This document shows, piece by piece, positions 1 to 9,570 of a stretch of 64,000 nt of DNA. Position numbers and translations under genes: made by a program. Source of the stretch: Vicinamibacterales bacterium (GTDB lineage Bacteria > Acidobacteriota > Vicinamibacteria > Vicinamibacterales > CAVVIG01); contig CBDDJX010000002.1 in assembly GCA_965229885.1 (NCBI GenBank), positions 509,127 to 573,126 on the forward strand, written 5' to 3'. Each line of letters opens with the position of its first letter. Position 1 is the stretch's first letter. The notes below the pieces were generated by a model that was not told the DNA's origin, ran no database searches, and saw only the letters and a list, made by a program, of their open reading frames with translations.

Positions 1-237
1 ATCAAACCCTTAGACCACAAGTGCGCATCATCACTGAGTTAGTTGAAAATCACTTTAAAGGGTTCAAAGCCCGCCCCCGTTGATGCAGGAGGACAGGGTG
101 TAGGTCTAGAAAGAAAATCCGACGTCAGCATCGATGGTGACTAGTCGATCTGTTTTCGCCTGTATTTCGTGGACTGTAATGTCCCAGCGACTTACAAACC
201 CGACCCAGAGGGCCGAAAGCGCGATCGGCGTGTAGTC

Positions 238-1452
238 CTATCGCAGCGGATCGCGTCCCTCGTCGAAACGGCTGCCTGAATCACATCGCACGTAGTTGCA
301 GAGCGTCGCGGGATCGGGGCCGCGTCCTTCGGCGAACGCGCGGTCTTCGGCCCGCGCGCCAACAAGCATCCCTGCCAAGCCGTAATTCCCCTCGTGGCAC
401 CGCGGCTCGTAATAGATCCGGTTCAGCTCGTCGTCTTGCTTCATCAGTTCCTGCTTCACGGTCCACGGTTTTGTCCACGTTGTCGGATCCTCCATCGTGG
501 TGACAAGCTCGAGCGTCTTGGGGCTGGTGCGGGTCCAGCGCTCGATCAGATGCAGGTTCTCTCTGGATTCCTGATAGTTCGTCTTGGCGGTAAAATTGGT
601 GACGTCGACGACCAAAGTTGTGCCCTCCCAATGAGCCCGGGAGTCGCCCCACCACTGGCGAACGTGCGGGGGGAGATGCGGAGCCGTGGTTACGGGGATC
701 TCGCGGTGGTATCCCTGCCCCTGGCCATAGTCCACGAACAGCGAGATCTGTCCGGGCGACTGCACGATGCGACGGTAGTTGCCGCCGAACACATTATGGC
801 CGTGTCCGAAATCCGGCAGGCCGCCCATCAAACACCGCTCGCCCGCGCCCCGGTCCTCTGGACCGTCGGATCGATTGTATTGCCCGATGTTGTATGCGGG
901 GGGCGGCTCCGCCCGCCGGGGTGACGGCGGCCCATGTTTCCCGCCCGCGCAGGCAGGCTGATTGTCCTTGCAGGCTGCCGTGGCTTGCAGGAGGGCAAGG
1001 CTAAACTGCCTTTCCTCGTCGATCCGTTGCTGCGCTTCGGCCGTGAGTGGAGGGATCCGTCCGTCTGGCGGGTCGACAATCAGTGACGTGCGACGGCCCG
1101 TGGGATAGTAGTTGTTGAAGACGGAGTTGTAGGCCCCGGTGACGTCCGCTACCGCGCCCTTCTTCGCTCGGGCGTCACTCGGTAGGAGCGCCGCGCGTTC
1201 CTTGTCCAGCCGGGCGATTTCCGCATCGGAGAAGAACTCCTTCCCGGCATACTGGGGAGGTCGCTGTAGCGGGATCTGGAACGCATAGGTCCAGACACCC
1301 TGGAGGTCCGGTTCGCCCCAAGGCGTTTTTGGCACCGGCGCCTTGGCCGTCTGGGCTTGGGCCGCAATAGGGACCGGCGCCAGTCGCATGAGCGCGACCG
1401 CTGCCACGATTACCGCCGCCACGCCGATTGCCTCGAAAAATCGTCCCCTCAT
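238..1452 (-). CDS. Exported hypothetical protein
   Basis: 404-aa ORF. N-terminus MRGRFFEAIGVAAVIVAAVALMRLAPVPIAAQAQ resembles a Sec signal peptide. Overlapping ORFs on both strands look like GC-driven artefacts. Confidence 0.65.
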   Translation of the reverse strand: MRGRFFEAIGVAAVIVAAVALMRLAPVPIAAQAQTAKAPVPKTPWGEPDLQGVWTYAFQIPLQRPPQYAGKEFFSDAEIARLDKERAALLPSDARAKKGAVADVTGAYNSVFNNYYPTGRRTSLIVDPPDGRIPPLTAEAQQRIDEERQFSLALLQATAACKDNQPACAGGKHGPPSPRRAEPPPAYNIGQYNRSDGPEDRGAGERCLMGGLPDFGHGHNVFGGNYRRIVQSPGQISLFVDYGQGQGYHREIPVTTAPHLPPHVRQWWGDSRAHWEGTTLVVDVTNFTAKTNYQESRENLHLIERWTRTSPKTLELVTTMEDPTTWTKPWTVKQELMKQDDELNRIYYEPRCHEGNYGLAGMLVGARAEDRAFAEGRGPDPATLCNYVRCDSGSRFDEGRDPLR

Positions 1453-1552
1453 GTCTAGGCCTCCTCTACACGCTCAATTTCCTAAGGAAGACTATGCGCC
1501 TGTGTACGCCCAGAGCACAACAATGTCAAGGACGACTATGGCGACGTGCCAG

Positions 1553-1666
1553 GCCCTCTTTCCGACACAGCGTGGCGATGCTTTCCTCGCCCCGCAGGCC
1601 CTCGAGCACGATCCGAATCTTCTCTTCGGCCGAAAACCGCCGGCGCGTCTTCCGCCGGATCTCGGC
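1553..1666 (-). pseudogene. IS3-family OrfA N-terminal fragment
   Basis: Translation RRKTRRRFSAEEKIRIVLEGLRGEESIATLCRKEG is a typical IS3 OrfA helix-turn-helix. It has no start or continuation and abuts the IS5 terminal repeat at 1668. Confidence 0.5.
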
Positions 1667-1667
1667 G

Positions 1668-2252
1668 TTGTTGCATGAAGACCCTGCGCGCGGGCCACAC
1701 TGCGGGAATGCAGTCGAAGGTCCATCCCACGTACAAGACGAAATACCGCGTTGCAAACTGGCCGGCCTACAACCAGGGCCTCGTTCGCCGCGGCGATGTG
1801 ACGGTGTGGTTGGCGCCGACGGCGATCGCCGCCTGGACACCCCGCCGGAGCAGCAGGCGGGGTGTCCAGCAGCGGCACTCGGATCTCGCCATCGAGACCG
1901 CCTTGACCCTCCGGCTCCTCTACCATCTCCCGCTCCGCCAGGCCGAAGGGTTCCTGCACTCGCTGTTCGCGATGATGCACGTCGACCTCGCCGCCCCCGA
2001 TTACACGACGCTCTCGCGGCGCGGGCAGTATCTGCCGCGCCGTCTTCGACCGGTCCCGACCGGCGACCGCATCCATCTCGTGCTCGACAGCACGGGTCTT
2101 TCCATCGTCGGGGAAGGCGAGTGGGCCGCCGCGAAACACGGGGGACGTGGCAGGCGTGGCTGGAAGAAACTCCACCTGGGGGTCGATCGGTCGGGCGTTA
2201 TCCTCGGCCACACGCTGACCGAGGCGACGGTGGATGACGCGTCCACGCACAG
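1668..2252 (+). mobile_element. IS5/IS903-like element, 5' half only (transposase truncated after ...TEATVDDAST)
   Basis: Terminal repeat GGCGTTGTTGCATGAAG at 1668. ATG at 1708, then MQSKVHPTYKTKYRVANWPAYNQGLVRRGDVTVWL..., homologous to the full copies at 22412, 46882 and 61159. Homology stops near 2247 and AT-rich unrelated DNA follows. Confidence 0.85.
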
Positions 2253-2402
2253 ACGCTATGTAAATGACTGTAAACAAATATGTAACACGGATATTTTAGT
2301 GTCTATTCCCCTCATTAATACGGCCATTATAATGTGGAATAGCTGGGACGTGAAGTCCTCTACGCGGTTTCCTCTCGGACACCGCACGATCCCGACGCTC
2401 GC

Positions 2403-2625
2403 ATGACGAAGATGAAAAACGGCCGCACCGCCTCGCGCACAAAGCCGAACTCGCGGTCGATCTGGAGACCGGCGCGATCATGGGCGTCACGGTCCAGGGC
2501 CGATCCAAGGCGATACCACGACTCTCGCGGGGACCGTCACGGTGGCGGCTGAGGACCTCGAAGCTATCGCCACAGCGACGGACGACCACACCACGGTGAT
2601 CGAGGAAGTCGTCGCCACGCAACGT
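2403..2625 (+). pseudogene. IS1182-like transposase internal fragment (frameshifted)
   Basis: Pieces KMKNGRT / RLAHKAELAVDLETGAIMGVTVQG / TVTVAAEDLEAIA match the middle of the 550-aa transposase at 27167-28819 (KMKDGRTHLAHKAEHAVDLDTGAIVAVTLQGADQGDTTT) but lie in different frames. Confidence 0.5.
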
Positions 2626-2641
2626 TGCCTCAATCCTACAT

Positions 2642-2675
2642 GCAGCGAGAGAATTGGGAATTCGAGACGCACAGG
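2642..2675. repeat. Solo terminal inverted repeat of the rve-type IS (GCAGCGAGAGAATTGGGAATTCGAGACGCACAGG)
   Basis: The same about 30-nt sequence forms the ends of the elements at 34819-36022 and 51545-51726. It also occurs at 41680-41711 and 48128-48156. Confidence 0.8.
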
Positions 2676-2760
2676 CGTCGTGTAGAAGGCGTGCCCTTCT
2701 GATGCGTGCTTCCAGTAGCTGCACCCGGCCGGCAGCGGGCGATCGATCCCGCCCTAGTAT

Positions 2761-3832
2761 TTAGCTGCGTAAATCGGCGTAACAATGCTTGAGCCCGACG
2801 GAATGCACCACGCGCTTGCGCCACTCGAAGGGCGTGGCGTGCGCATTGTAGGTCTTGACGAAGCGGTCGATGGCCTCGCGCAACTGCGGCACCGAGGTGA
2901 AGCTTGCGCCCTGCAAGGCCCGCCGACTGAGGATACTGAACCAGCACTCGATTTAATTGAGCCAGCTGGCCCGCGTGGGGGTGTAGTGGAGATGCACGCG
3001 GGGATGGCGCGCGAGCCAGCGGTCGTGTTTCGGTTTGTGCGTGTTGAGGTTGTCCAACACGATATGCAACTCCTGGTCAGGGTACCCGGCGACCACGTCG
3101 TTCATGAAGTCCAGGAACTCGCGCCGGCGCCGCCGGGCGTAGTGCCCCGCCGTGAGCTGCCCCGTCGCGATATTCAGTGCCGCGAACAACGTACTGGTGC
3201 CGTGGCGCTTGTACTCATGACTGAAGCCGCGCCGCGCCGTGCCGTTCGGCAGCCGCAGGTAGCCTTGGGCGCGTTCCAGGGCTTGAATGTGCGGTTTCTC
3301 GTCGACCGAGATCACGACCGCGTTGGCGGGCGGCGCGAGATACAAGCCGACGAGGTCGGCGGCCTTGGGCGCAAATTCCGAGTCGGTGCTGATGCACCAG
3401 GATCGGCGCCGCCGCAAGTGAATGCCATGGCGGCGCAGCACGCGCCACACTTCGTCAGGCGAGACCTCACCCACCGCGGTCGTCACCATCGCCCCCGTCC
3501 ACGTCGCATGGCCCTCCGGCGGCGGCGCATCCAACTGCTTCAAAATCCGTCGCTCGCTCGCGGCGTCGTAGCGGCGGCTGGGGCCAGGGCGCGGCGCATC
3601 GGCCAGGCCGGCCACGCCCTGCGTCGCAAACCGGCGCCGCCACTTGCTCACGGTCGCCGGGCGCAGGGCCAACTGCTCAGCGATGCCGTCGGTCGACTGC
3701 CCGTCGGCGGCAGCCAGCACGATGCGCGCGCGCACGACCACGCGCTGCTCGCTGGGGGGCGCGCGCAGACGCTGAGTCTAACGTGGCGCGATCTTCTGGC
3801 GTCAACACAATCGCCGTGGCTGGACGGCCCAT
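2761..3832 (-). pseudogene. IS630-family transposase, with a frameshift near 3750 and an in-frame TAA at 2950-2952
   Basis: N-terminus MGRPATAIVLTPEDRATL (ATG at 3832), then ...VVRARIVLAAADGQSTDGIAEQL...HIVLDNLNTHK...ASWLN-TAA-IECWFSILSRRALQGASF...TPFEWRK. The TAA sits where IS630 transposases have Gln (SWLNQIE). Confidence 0.8.
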
Positions 3833-4233
3833 GCCGCCAGTCTACGTATTAACGTCGAACTGTACAAGTAAGTACTAGTCGCGCAGAACCACGACCTACT
3901 TGCAGAAAACCACAACCTGCAAGCTGAGAACAAAGTGCTAAGAGCGGAGTTGGCGCAGCGGAAAGCCCTTCAGGCCGACCACGACCGGCACGACCACCGC
4001 CCTCTTGTCGGCGGAGAACACGGCTGGATGACCTAGGCGATGAGATCGGCGTAGCGCAGCCGCTCACGGCAGAGGCTGAGGGGGTCCCCCTTGTGGAGAC
4101 ACCGCTGAGACGTTCCCCTCGATTTGCATGATCCCGTCTGTGGTGATCGTAGTCGCGACCGCGCGCATGGATGGGCGGGTAGAGCATGCACGACAAGCAT
4201 CAGAATCGAATCACACAAAACACAGGAGGCCGC

Positions 4234-4407
4234 ATGACTCGGGTCGGTGATACAAAACCCTGCACGTATGAGGGGTGCAAAGGAATAATGACGGTTCTGG
4301 GGCGTGATACCGCAGCTGGTTTTGGACCGGTTGGCCCTCCAGCACCTCAGTGGAAATGCAACAAGAACCCGTCACACGTCAAGCCACTACCCGGAAAATC
4401 AACTTGA
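4234..4407 (+). CDS. Small Cys-containing hypothetical protein (57 aa)
   Basis: MTRVGDTKPCTYEGCKGIMTVLGRD...QWKCNKNPSHV. Lies in a lower-GC island between IS debris. No family recognised. Confidence 0.25.
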   Translation: MTRVGDTKPCTYEGCKGIMTVLGRDTAAGFGPVGPPAPQWKCNKNPSHVKPLPGKST

Positions 4408-4417
4408 GCACTACCCC

Positions 4418-4543
4418 ATGATGGAGAAAGCGGAGGAGATTTTACGAGCGATTTTCAGCGCCTATACAGTCGGGGTTATCGTCCTCTTCGTCGTGATCTA
4501 TATCTGCGTCGTCCTGACCGTTGGGACCGGGGACGATAAATGA
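4418..4543 (+). CDS. 41-aa single-pass hydrophobic peptide
   Basis: MMEKAEEILRAIFSAYTVGVIVLFVVIYICVVLTVGTGDDK: amphipathic N-terminus plus one TM segment. No clear Shine-Dalgarno. Below the ORF-track size cutoff when started at this Met. Confidence 0.25.
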   Translation: MMEKAEEILRAIFSAYTVGVIVLFVVIYICVVLTVGTGDDK

Positions 4544-4565
4544 GAGGCTGCGACGATACAACCTG

Positions 4566-4616
4566 AAAGTCAAGTTGAGACACTACCTAGCTTTTCGTCA
4601 ACTTGACAATACCCTC
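4566..4616. repeat. Back-to-back IS6-type terminal repeats (GTCAAGTTGA...TCAACTTGAC)
   Basis: AAAGTCAAGTTGAGAC faces CTAGCTTTTCGTCAACTTGACAATACCCTC. The latter 30-mer is the exact reverse complement of 6672-6701. Confidence 0.6.
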
Positions 4617-5446
4617 GGGCGCTGTTCTATGTCTGGCGGGCCGCGTTTGAACGCGACGGTGAGGCTGGGCTCGTCAACAAGCGCCCGGTGGCCCGTTCAC
4701 ATCCGCGCACCACGCGCCCGGAGGTCGTGGAGCAAGTGCTGCACGTGCGGCGGACCTATCACCTCGGCCCGCAGCGGATCGTCTGGTACTTGGCGCGCTC
4801 CCAGGGCGTGAGCGTCTCGGACGCCACCATCTACCACATGCTGCGGCGCCACGGGCTGCGTCGTGTGCCCAATCGCGTGGGCCGGCGCGCCGTGCATACC
4901 CATCGCTATGCTAAACAGGTCCCTGGGCATCACGTGCAGGTCGACGTGAAGTTCCTCACGCTCCAAGGGCCAGCCGGGCAGCGAATCCGTCGCGACCAGT
5001 ACACGGCGATCGATGATGCCACTCGGATCCACGCGCTCCGCGTCTACCGGCGACACCCACAGCAGCACGCCATCGCCTTGGCAGACGACGTGATCCGGAC
5101 GTTTCCCTTCCGTATTCACACGGTGCGCACCGACCGCGGCCATGCGTTCCAGGCGCTGTTGCATTGGCACCTCGCGGACCAGGGCATCCAGCACGTCTAC
5201 ATCAAGCCCCGCACCCCACAACTGAATGGGAAAGTCGAGCGTTCCCATCGCACAGATCAGCAGGAGTTCTATCAGCTCCTGAGCGACAAGGGCGATGTCG
5301 ATCTGGAGCAACGGCTGGCCGAGTGGGAGCGCTTCTACAACTTCGGTCGGCCCCACGGAGCATTCGCCGGGCAGACCACGTACGAAGCACTTCGAGAACG
5401 GTTACAGTCATGATGGCGACTGTCCCACGAGATCCGTCACATCACA
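4617..5446 (+). mobile_element. IS481-family element (type A), 5'-truncated; transposase fragment 4617-5413
   Basis: ALFYVWRAAFERDGEAGLVNKRP...HHVQVDVKFL...TDRGHAFQ...PRTPQLNGKVERSHRT... is colinear with the full 312-aa copy at 57145-58083. The right end ...CTGTCCCACGAGATCCGTCACATCACA matches that copy's terminus. Confidence 0.85.
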
Positions 5447-5571
5447 TGCCCGATAGAGCCGCTCGTGGTTCCCGTCCCATTTTTCGGCCGCGTTCACATC
5501 GAACCACCAGCCATCATCGAGTACCTGCTGTCCCTCTACTCATCGCCTCCATCCCTGCCTCCGGCGGGCCG

Positions 5572-5784
5572 TCCAGGCCGCGATCGCTTCCGAGGACAAC
5601 CACACCGTCACATCGCCCCGTCGAACGAGGGCCCGGTTATAGGCCGGCCAGTTCGCAACGCGGTACTTCATCTTATACGTGGGATGGACCTTCGACTGCA
5701 TCTCTGTAGTGTGGCTCCTGCGGAGGATCACGAGAATGCGGGCCACGCCGCCCCACCCGCAGAGGGTCTTCATGCAACAACGCC
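5572..5784 (-). mobile_element. IS5/IS903-like 5'-terminal fragment (first about 50 codons plus terminal repeat)
   Basis: MQSKVHPTYKMKYRVANWPAYNRALVRRGDVTVWLSSEAIAAW, then a break. Terminal repeat ...TTCATGCAACAACGCC ends at 5784. The breakpoint is the same as in the fragment at 31632-31832. Confidence 0.8.
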
Positions 5785-5806
5785 GAGAATCGCCGCCTCG
5801 GTCAAC

Positions 5807-6196
5807 TCACGCGCTTCCGCCGGGTCCGGGTAGCCCGGAGTTCAATTCTCCCACCACCAATTGTTTCAAGACTACCTGCAACATCTGAATGGTCATGGTC
5901 CCACCTACGCTCATGAGCTTCTCCTTTGCCTTTGTCCAACGCGCGTCATTCCGCGCGTGCTCCAGGAAGTCATGACCCTGGTACGTGAGGCAGCGAGGCC
6001 TGTAGCAGTGGACTGAACTACCGTCCCCGGTGAAATCAAGTGCCTCTATCAGCCCCTGTTGGGCGAGTAGCCATGTGTTGTAGTTGATTTCGTCCGACGT
6101 GTACGCGTCGATCTCCATCGTCTTTGGATCAAGCGTGGTGTCCCACTTCTCGACCTCGAACAGAATCCGGCGACACAGATCCATGTCTCGCTTCAT
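5807..6196 (-). CDS. DUF2513-like hypothetical protein
   Basis: MKRDMDLCRRILFEVEKWDTTLDP...YNTWLLAQQGLIEA...: the N-terminal pattern is as I recall it for DUF2513 phage-associated proteins. Start chosen at the internal Met. Confidence 0.55.
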   Translation of the reverse strand: MKRDMDLCRRILFEVEKWDTTLDPKTMEIDAYTSDEINYNTWLLAQQGLIEALDFTGDGSSVHCYRPRCLTYQGHDFLEHARNDARWTKAKEKLMSVGGTMTIQMLQVVLKQLVVGELNSGLPGPGGSA

Positions 6197-6362
6197 CGTC
6201 GATGATTCTCTCATATGCCTCACGAAGCACGGTGCGCCGCATGCGTGAGGGTGTCCTCGCCGGTGATGGTTCGGGGTCGACCGTTAATACACTACGGGGA
6301 ACAAGAAATTCCCCGTACGCGCAATCTTCCCCATAACCACACTCGGCCACATACCACAGTAC

Positions 6363-6671
6363 GGCACTGTCAAGTTGACGTTGAACGGACAGGCTCTGCC
6401 GCTGATGGGGCGATGATGCAGCCCTCCGATTCAGACACACGTCACCTCCCGCCAGGCCCCAAAGGCTCGCGTGCGCAACAGGCGATGGTGGACGGCTCGC
6501 AGGAGGTGACGACCGACACGAAACAGATTCAACACGACGCCGTGCACCGACAGGAACCGTTGCGCCTGCGCAGCAGAGGTGAACCTCCGCATCTGTTGCT
6601 CACGCTGGCGGGTCGGTTGGTGCGACACTTCCGCCCGATTGTTCTCGTATTGCGGCGTGCTGTGCATCACT
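6363..6671 (-). mobile_element. IS6-family 3' fragment (terminal repeat plus transposase C-terminus)
   Basis: Outer repeat GGCACTGTCAAGTTGACG at 6363 (compare the IS26-type GGCACTGTTGCAAA). Translation ...QYENNRAEVSHQPTRQREQQMRRFTSAAQAQRFLSVHGVVLNLFRVGRH... is a typical IS6 transposase C-terminus ending at 6431. Confidence 0.7.
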
Positions 6672-6797
6672 GAGGGTATTGTCAAGTTGACGAAAAGCTA
6701 GTCGATCGACCCCCAAGATACTGGGCTCCAGCCCGTCGCGAACCCGCCATGCTGGGCATCAAAAACGGCCGTCAGCCCCAACTTGACTGTGAGCATG
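6672..6797. repeat. MITE-like unit bounded by IS6-type repeats
   Basis: GAGGGTATTGTCAAGTTGACGAAAAGCTAG at the left. The inverted CCCCAACTTGACTGTGAGC at the right is disrupted by the putative IS110 insertion. No coding capacity. Confidence 0.45.
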
Positions 6798-7044
6798 ATC
6801 CCCCTGCCTGTCGGGGTCGCTCAGTGACACCGGTGGGTGCCGGTGGGCGGTGGCCTGACCCGCAACTTGACTGACCGACGGTCCTCGTCATTGATCTGTC
6901 GGTCACCGCCCACCGGCCAATCGTACGGCAGCCAGCTGACCGGATGGGCCGTGACCCCATAGGGGCCTGCCGCACCCACGGCCCGTCACAGTCCTGTCCG
7001 CCCACTCGGGCCAGTCCGCGCGCCGCACCCGAGGAGGCCAAACG
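6786..7044 (+). ncRNA. Candidate IS110 bridge (loop-guide) RNA region in the left end
   Basis: 14-bp stem CCGGTGGGCGGTGG (6840-6853) pairs with CCACCGCCCACCGG (6904-6917). It encloses an asymmetric loop carrying CAACTTGACTG (6864-6874) and an inner 7-bp hairpin GACCGAC/GTCGGTC. The same 11-mer forms the left junction at 6779-6789. Confidence 0.3.
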
Positions 7045-8133
7045 GTGACTCACACCATGACCACGCAGCCCGAGGTTTGGAAGGTGATTGTCGGGGTCGA
7101 TACCCACAAGCATGTCCACGTCGCGGTGGCGATCGACACCCGGAGGATCCGCCTGGGCGATCACTCGTTCGTCGCTGATTCGAGCGGATATCAGGCCCTG
7201 CTCATGTGGGCCCACACACACGGGCGGATTGAGACGTTCGGCATCGAAGGCACCGGCAGCTATGGTGCCGGCCTGGCGCGGGCCGTCCGCCGCGCGGGGC
7301 ATCGTGTCGTCGAAGTGAATCGGGGGGACCGGCACACGCGCCGCGCCGTCGGCAAGTCCGACACCGTCGATGCCGAGAGCGCCGCCCGGTCCGTGTTGGC
7401 GGGCCAAGCGACCGCGACCCCCAAAACCGGGGACGGTGTCGTCGAGATGATCCGGCAGCTCAAGATCGCGCGGGATACGGCCGGGAAAGCACGCACCGCG
7501 GCGATGGTCACGCTGAAGCAGATCGTCGTGAATGCGCCACCCCACCTGCGAGAAGCCCTCCACGCCCTCACCGATCACCGTCTGCTCACGCGCTGCGCCG
7601 CCCTCCGACCGGGCCCGCTCGACACGCCCACCGCAGCCGCCAAGCACACCCTCCGGGCGCTTGCCCGTCGCTGGCTTGCCCTGGCTGAGGAAATCGCGAT
7701 ACACACGACCAGCACCTCACCCGCCTCACGACCAAGGCGGCGCCCAGGCTCTTGGAGGGCTTCGGCGTCGGCGCCCACACGGCCGCCCAGATGCTGATCA
7801 TCTTCGGCGACAACCCCGACCGGATTCGCTCAGAAGCCGCCTTTGCGAAGCTGTGCGGTGCCTGCCCGATCCCGGCTTCGTCCGGGATGACGACCGGCCG
7901 GCATCGTCATCTATCGGGGCGGGCACCGACAGGCGAACGCCGCCCTCCATCGCACGGTCGTCGTCCGCATGCGGCTCCACCAGCCGACGGTCGACGACGT
8001 CGCCCGCCGGACGGCTGGCGGCCGGACCAGACGCGAGATCATCCGCTGCCTCAAACGCTTCCTCGCCCGTGAAATCTACCAGCGTGTTATGGCAGACTTC
8101 CGCATGCGCAGACACGTCACGCAGGCAGCCTAA
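7045..8133 (+). pseudogene. IS110-family (DEDD) transposase with at least two frameshifts
   Basis: VIVGVDTHKHVHVAVAID...FGIEGTGSYGAGLAR...GKSDTVDAESAARSVLAG in frame 1. ...LEGFGVGAHTAAQMLIIFGDNPDRIRSEAAFAKLCGACPIPASSG in frame 2. ...REIIRCLKRFLAREIYQRVMADF-stop in frame 3. Confidence 0.85.
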
Positions 8134-8177
8134 ACGCTTGTCTTGACATATAGGGGCGTCAATACCGAAATGAGGGC

Positions 8178-8504
8178 TCATAAAGCATCCGTCTTCGCGG
8201 CGAATACGAAATCGCTCTCCGTCAGACCGTCAATCTTGTGGGTCCAGATCGTGACCTTCACCCTGCCCCAGGCAAGGAAGATGTCGGGATGGTGATCCTG
8301 TTCCTCCGCCATTTCACCAACCCGGTTGGTGAAGTCCAGCGCCTGCCGAAAATCGTTGAACCGATACTCCTTCTCGAGATGATGCTCGTCGACGACCGAC
8401 CATCCCCCCTCCAGCTGCGCGAACAACGCGTCGAGCTCGGGGCCCTTCAGGGGTGGAACACCGCCGCGACATGGCACACACTGTTTCTTCGACAGATCGC
8501 TCAT
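8178..8504 (-). CDS. Pterin-4-alpha-carbinolamine dehydratase (4a-hydroxytetrahydrobiopterin dehydratase)
   Basis: 108 aa with family-typical C..C near the N-terminus, FNDFRQALDFTNRVGEMAEEQDHHPD and KVTIWTHKIDGLTESDF. Confidence 0.85.
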   Translation of the reverse strand: MSDLSKKQCVPCRGGVPPLKGPELDALFAQLEGGWSVVDEHHLEKEYRFNDFRQALDFTNRVGEMAEEQDHHPDIFLAWGRVKVTIWTHKIDGLTESDFVFAAKTDAL

Positions 8505-8624
8505 TGTGTCCTTTCACTTTCCACACGACTGACCACCGCGGTGGTCTGAATCCACCCGAGCCGTTGGCAGACTCACGCCAGGCCCGGGTAGACTTTCGGC
8601 TTCGAAACCGTCACCGGAGGATAC

Positions 8625-9065
8625 ATGGCCGAAAAGATACCCCAGACGTTCGCGAACCACGCGAAGCTCGTTCCCCTGTTCCACTACGTCGTGCTCCCGA
8701 TATTGTCGATCAACGTGCTCCTGGCCATCTATCGTATGGCCACGGGGTTCTCGTTTGAGACCGCGTGGGGCGCCGTCGTGGCATGCGCGCTCATCCTGGT
8801 CGGGTTCTTCGCGCGCGTGTTCGCCCTCGGTGCGCAGGACCGCGTCATCCGTCTCGAGGAGCGCCTGCGGATGCACGGTCTCCTCCCGGACGATCTGAAG
8901 CCACGTATCAACGACTTCACGATGGACCAACTGGCGGCGCTTCGGTTCGCGAGTGACGACGAGCTCCCGGCTCTCGCTCGACAGGTCGTCGATGACAGCA
9001 TCGGCGACCGCAAGACGATCAAACAGCTGGTCGTGAGCTGGCGGGCCGACTATCAGAGGCTCTAG
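8625..9065 (+). CDS. Conserved hypothetical membrane protein (2-3 TM)
   Basis: 146 aa. Hydrophobic segments LVPLFHYVVLPILSINVLLAIY and AVVACALILVGFFARVFALG are followed by a soluble tail. Confidence 0.6.
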   Translation: MAEKIPQTFANHAKLVPLFHYVVLPILSINVLLAIYRMATGFSFETAWGAVVACALILVGFFARVFALGAQDRVIRLEERLRMHGLLPDDLKPRINDFTMDQLAALRFASDDELPALARQVVDDSIGDRKTIKQLVVSWRADYQRL

Positions 9066-9066
9066 T

Positions 9067-9570
9067 TCAGACCAGGAACAGGTCGCGGGTGACGAGGCCC
9101 GCCTCGTGCACATTGGGGTCTGGCGAGGAGAGGCTGCGCCCCCCTTCAAATCCCCGGCTGCCCGCGCAGAGATAGTCCGCCCAGTCGTCCATCAGGCGGC
9201 GCCGACGCTCGAAGAGATCACTGCGGGCGTAGGCCACCTCGGTGGGGTTTTGTACCGTATGGGCGAGCGCGGCCTCGACCACCTCGCGGGGTGTGTTCGT
9301 CCGTTCCGCGGCCCAGTCCCGGAAGCTCGACCGGAACCCATGCGGCACGGCGGCGATGCCGAGGTCCTTGGTCAATCTCGGTAGCGTCACGGAGGAGAGT
9401 GGCTTCCCGCGCAGACTGCGGAACACGAGGCCGGTGCCATCGCTCCGTCTCGGTACGTCGTGCAGGATCGCGAGCGCCCGGCTCGAGAGGGGACGCGGTG
9501 ATCCCGCTTCGCCTTCATGCGCGCGGCGGGGATGGCCCAGACGCCCGCGTCCAGGTCCATTTCGTCCCAC
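9067..9570 (-). pseudogene. Tyrosine integrase 3' half (paralog of the 17993-19240 integrase), frameshifted
   Basis: ...GTGLVFRSLRGKPLSSVTLPRLTKDLGIAAVPHGFRSSFRDWAAERTNTPREVVEAALAHTVQNPTEVAYARSDLFERRRRLMDDWADYL. The upstream part WDEMDLDAGVWAIPAARMKAKRDHRVP is in another frame. No N-terminal half. Confidence 0.85.

Larger units (their letters stand above)
6784..8143 (+). mobile_element. IS110-family element (boundaries inferred)
   Basis: DEDD-type transposase gene with a 260-nt leader. Proposed junctions CCCCAA-CT-TGACTG (6782-6783) and GCTTGT-CT-TGACAT (8142-8143) share a CT core. Joining the flanks restores an IS6-type repeat (CCCCAACTTGACATATAGGGG). Size about 1.36 kb is typical for the family. 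Confidence 0.45.
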
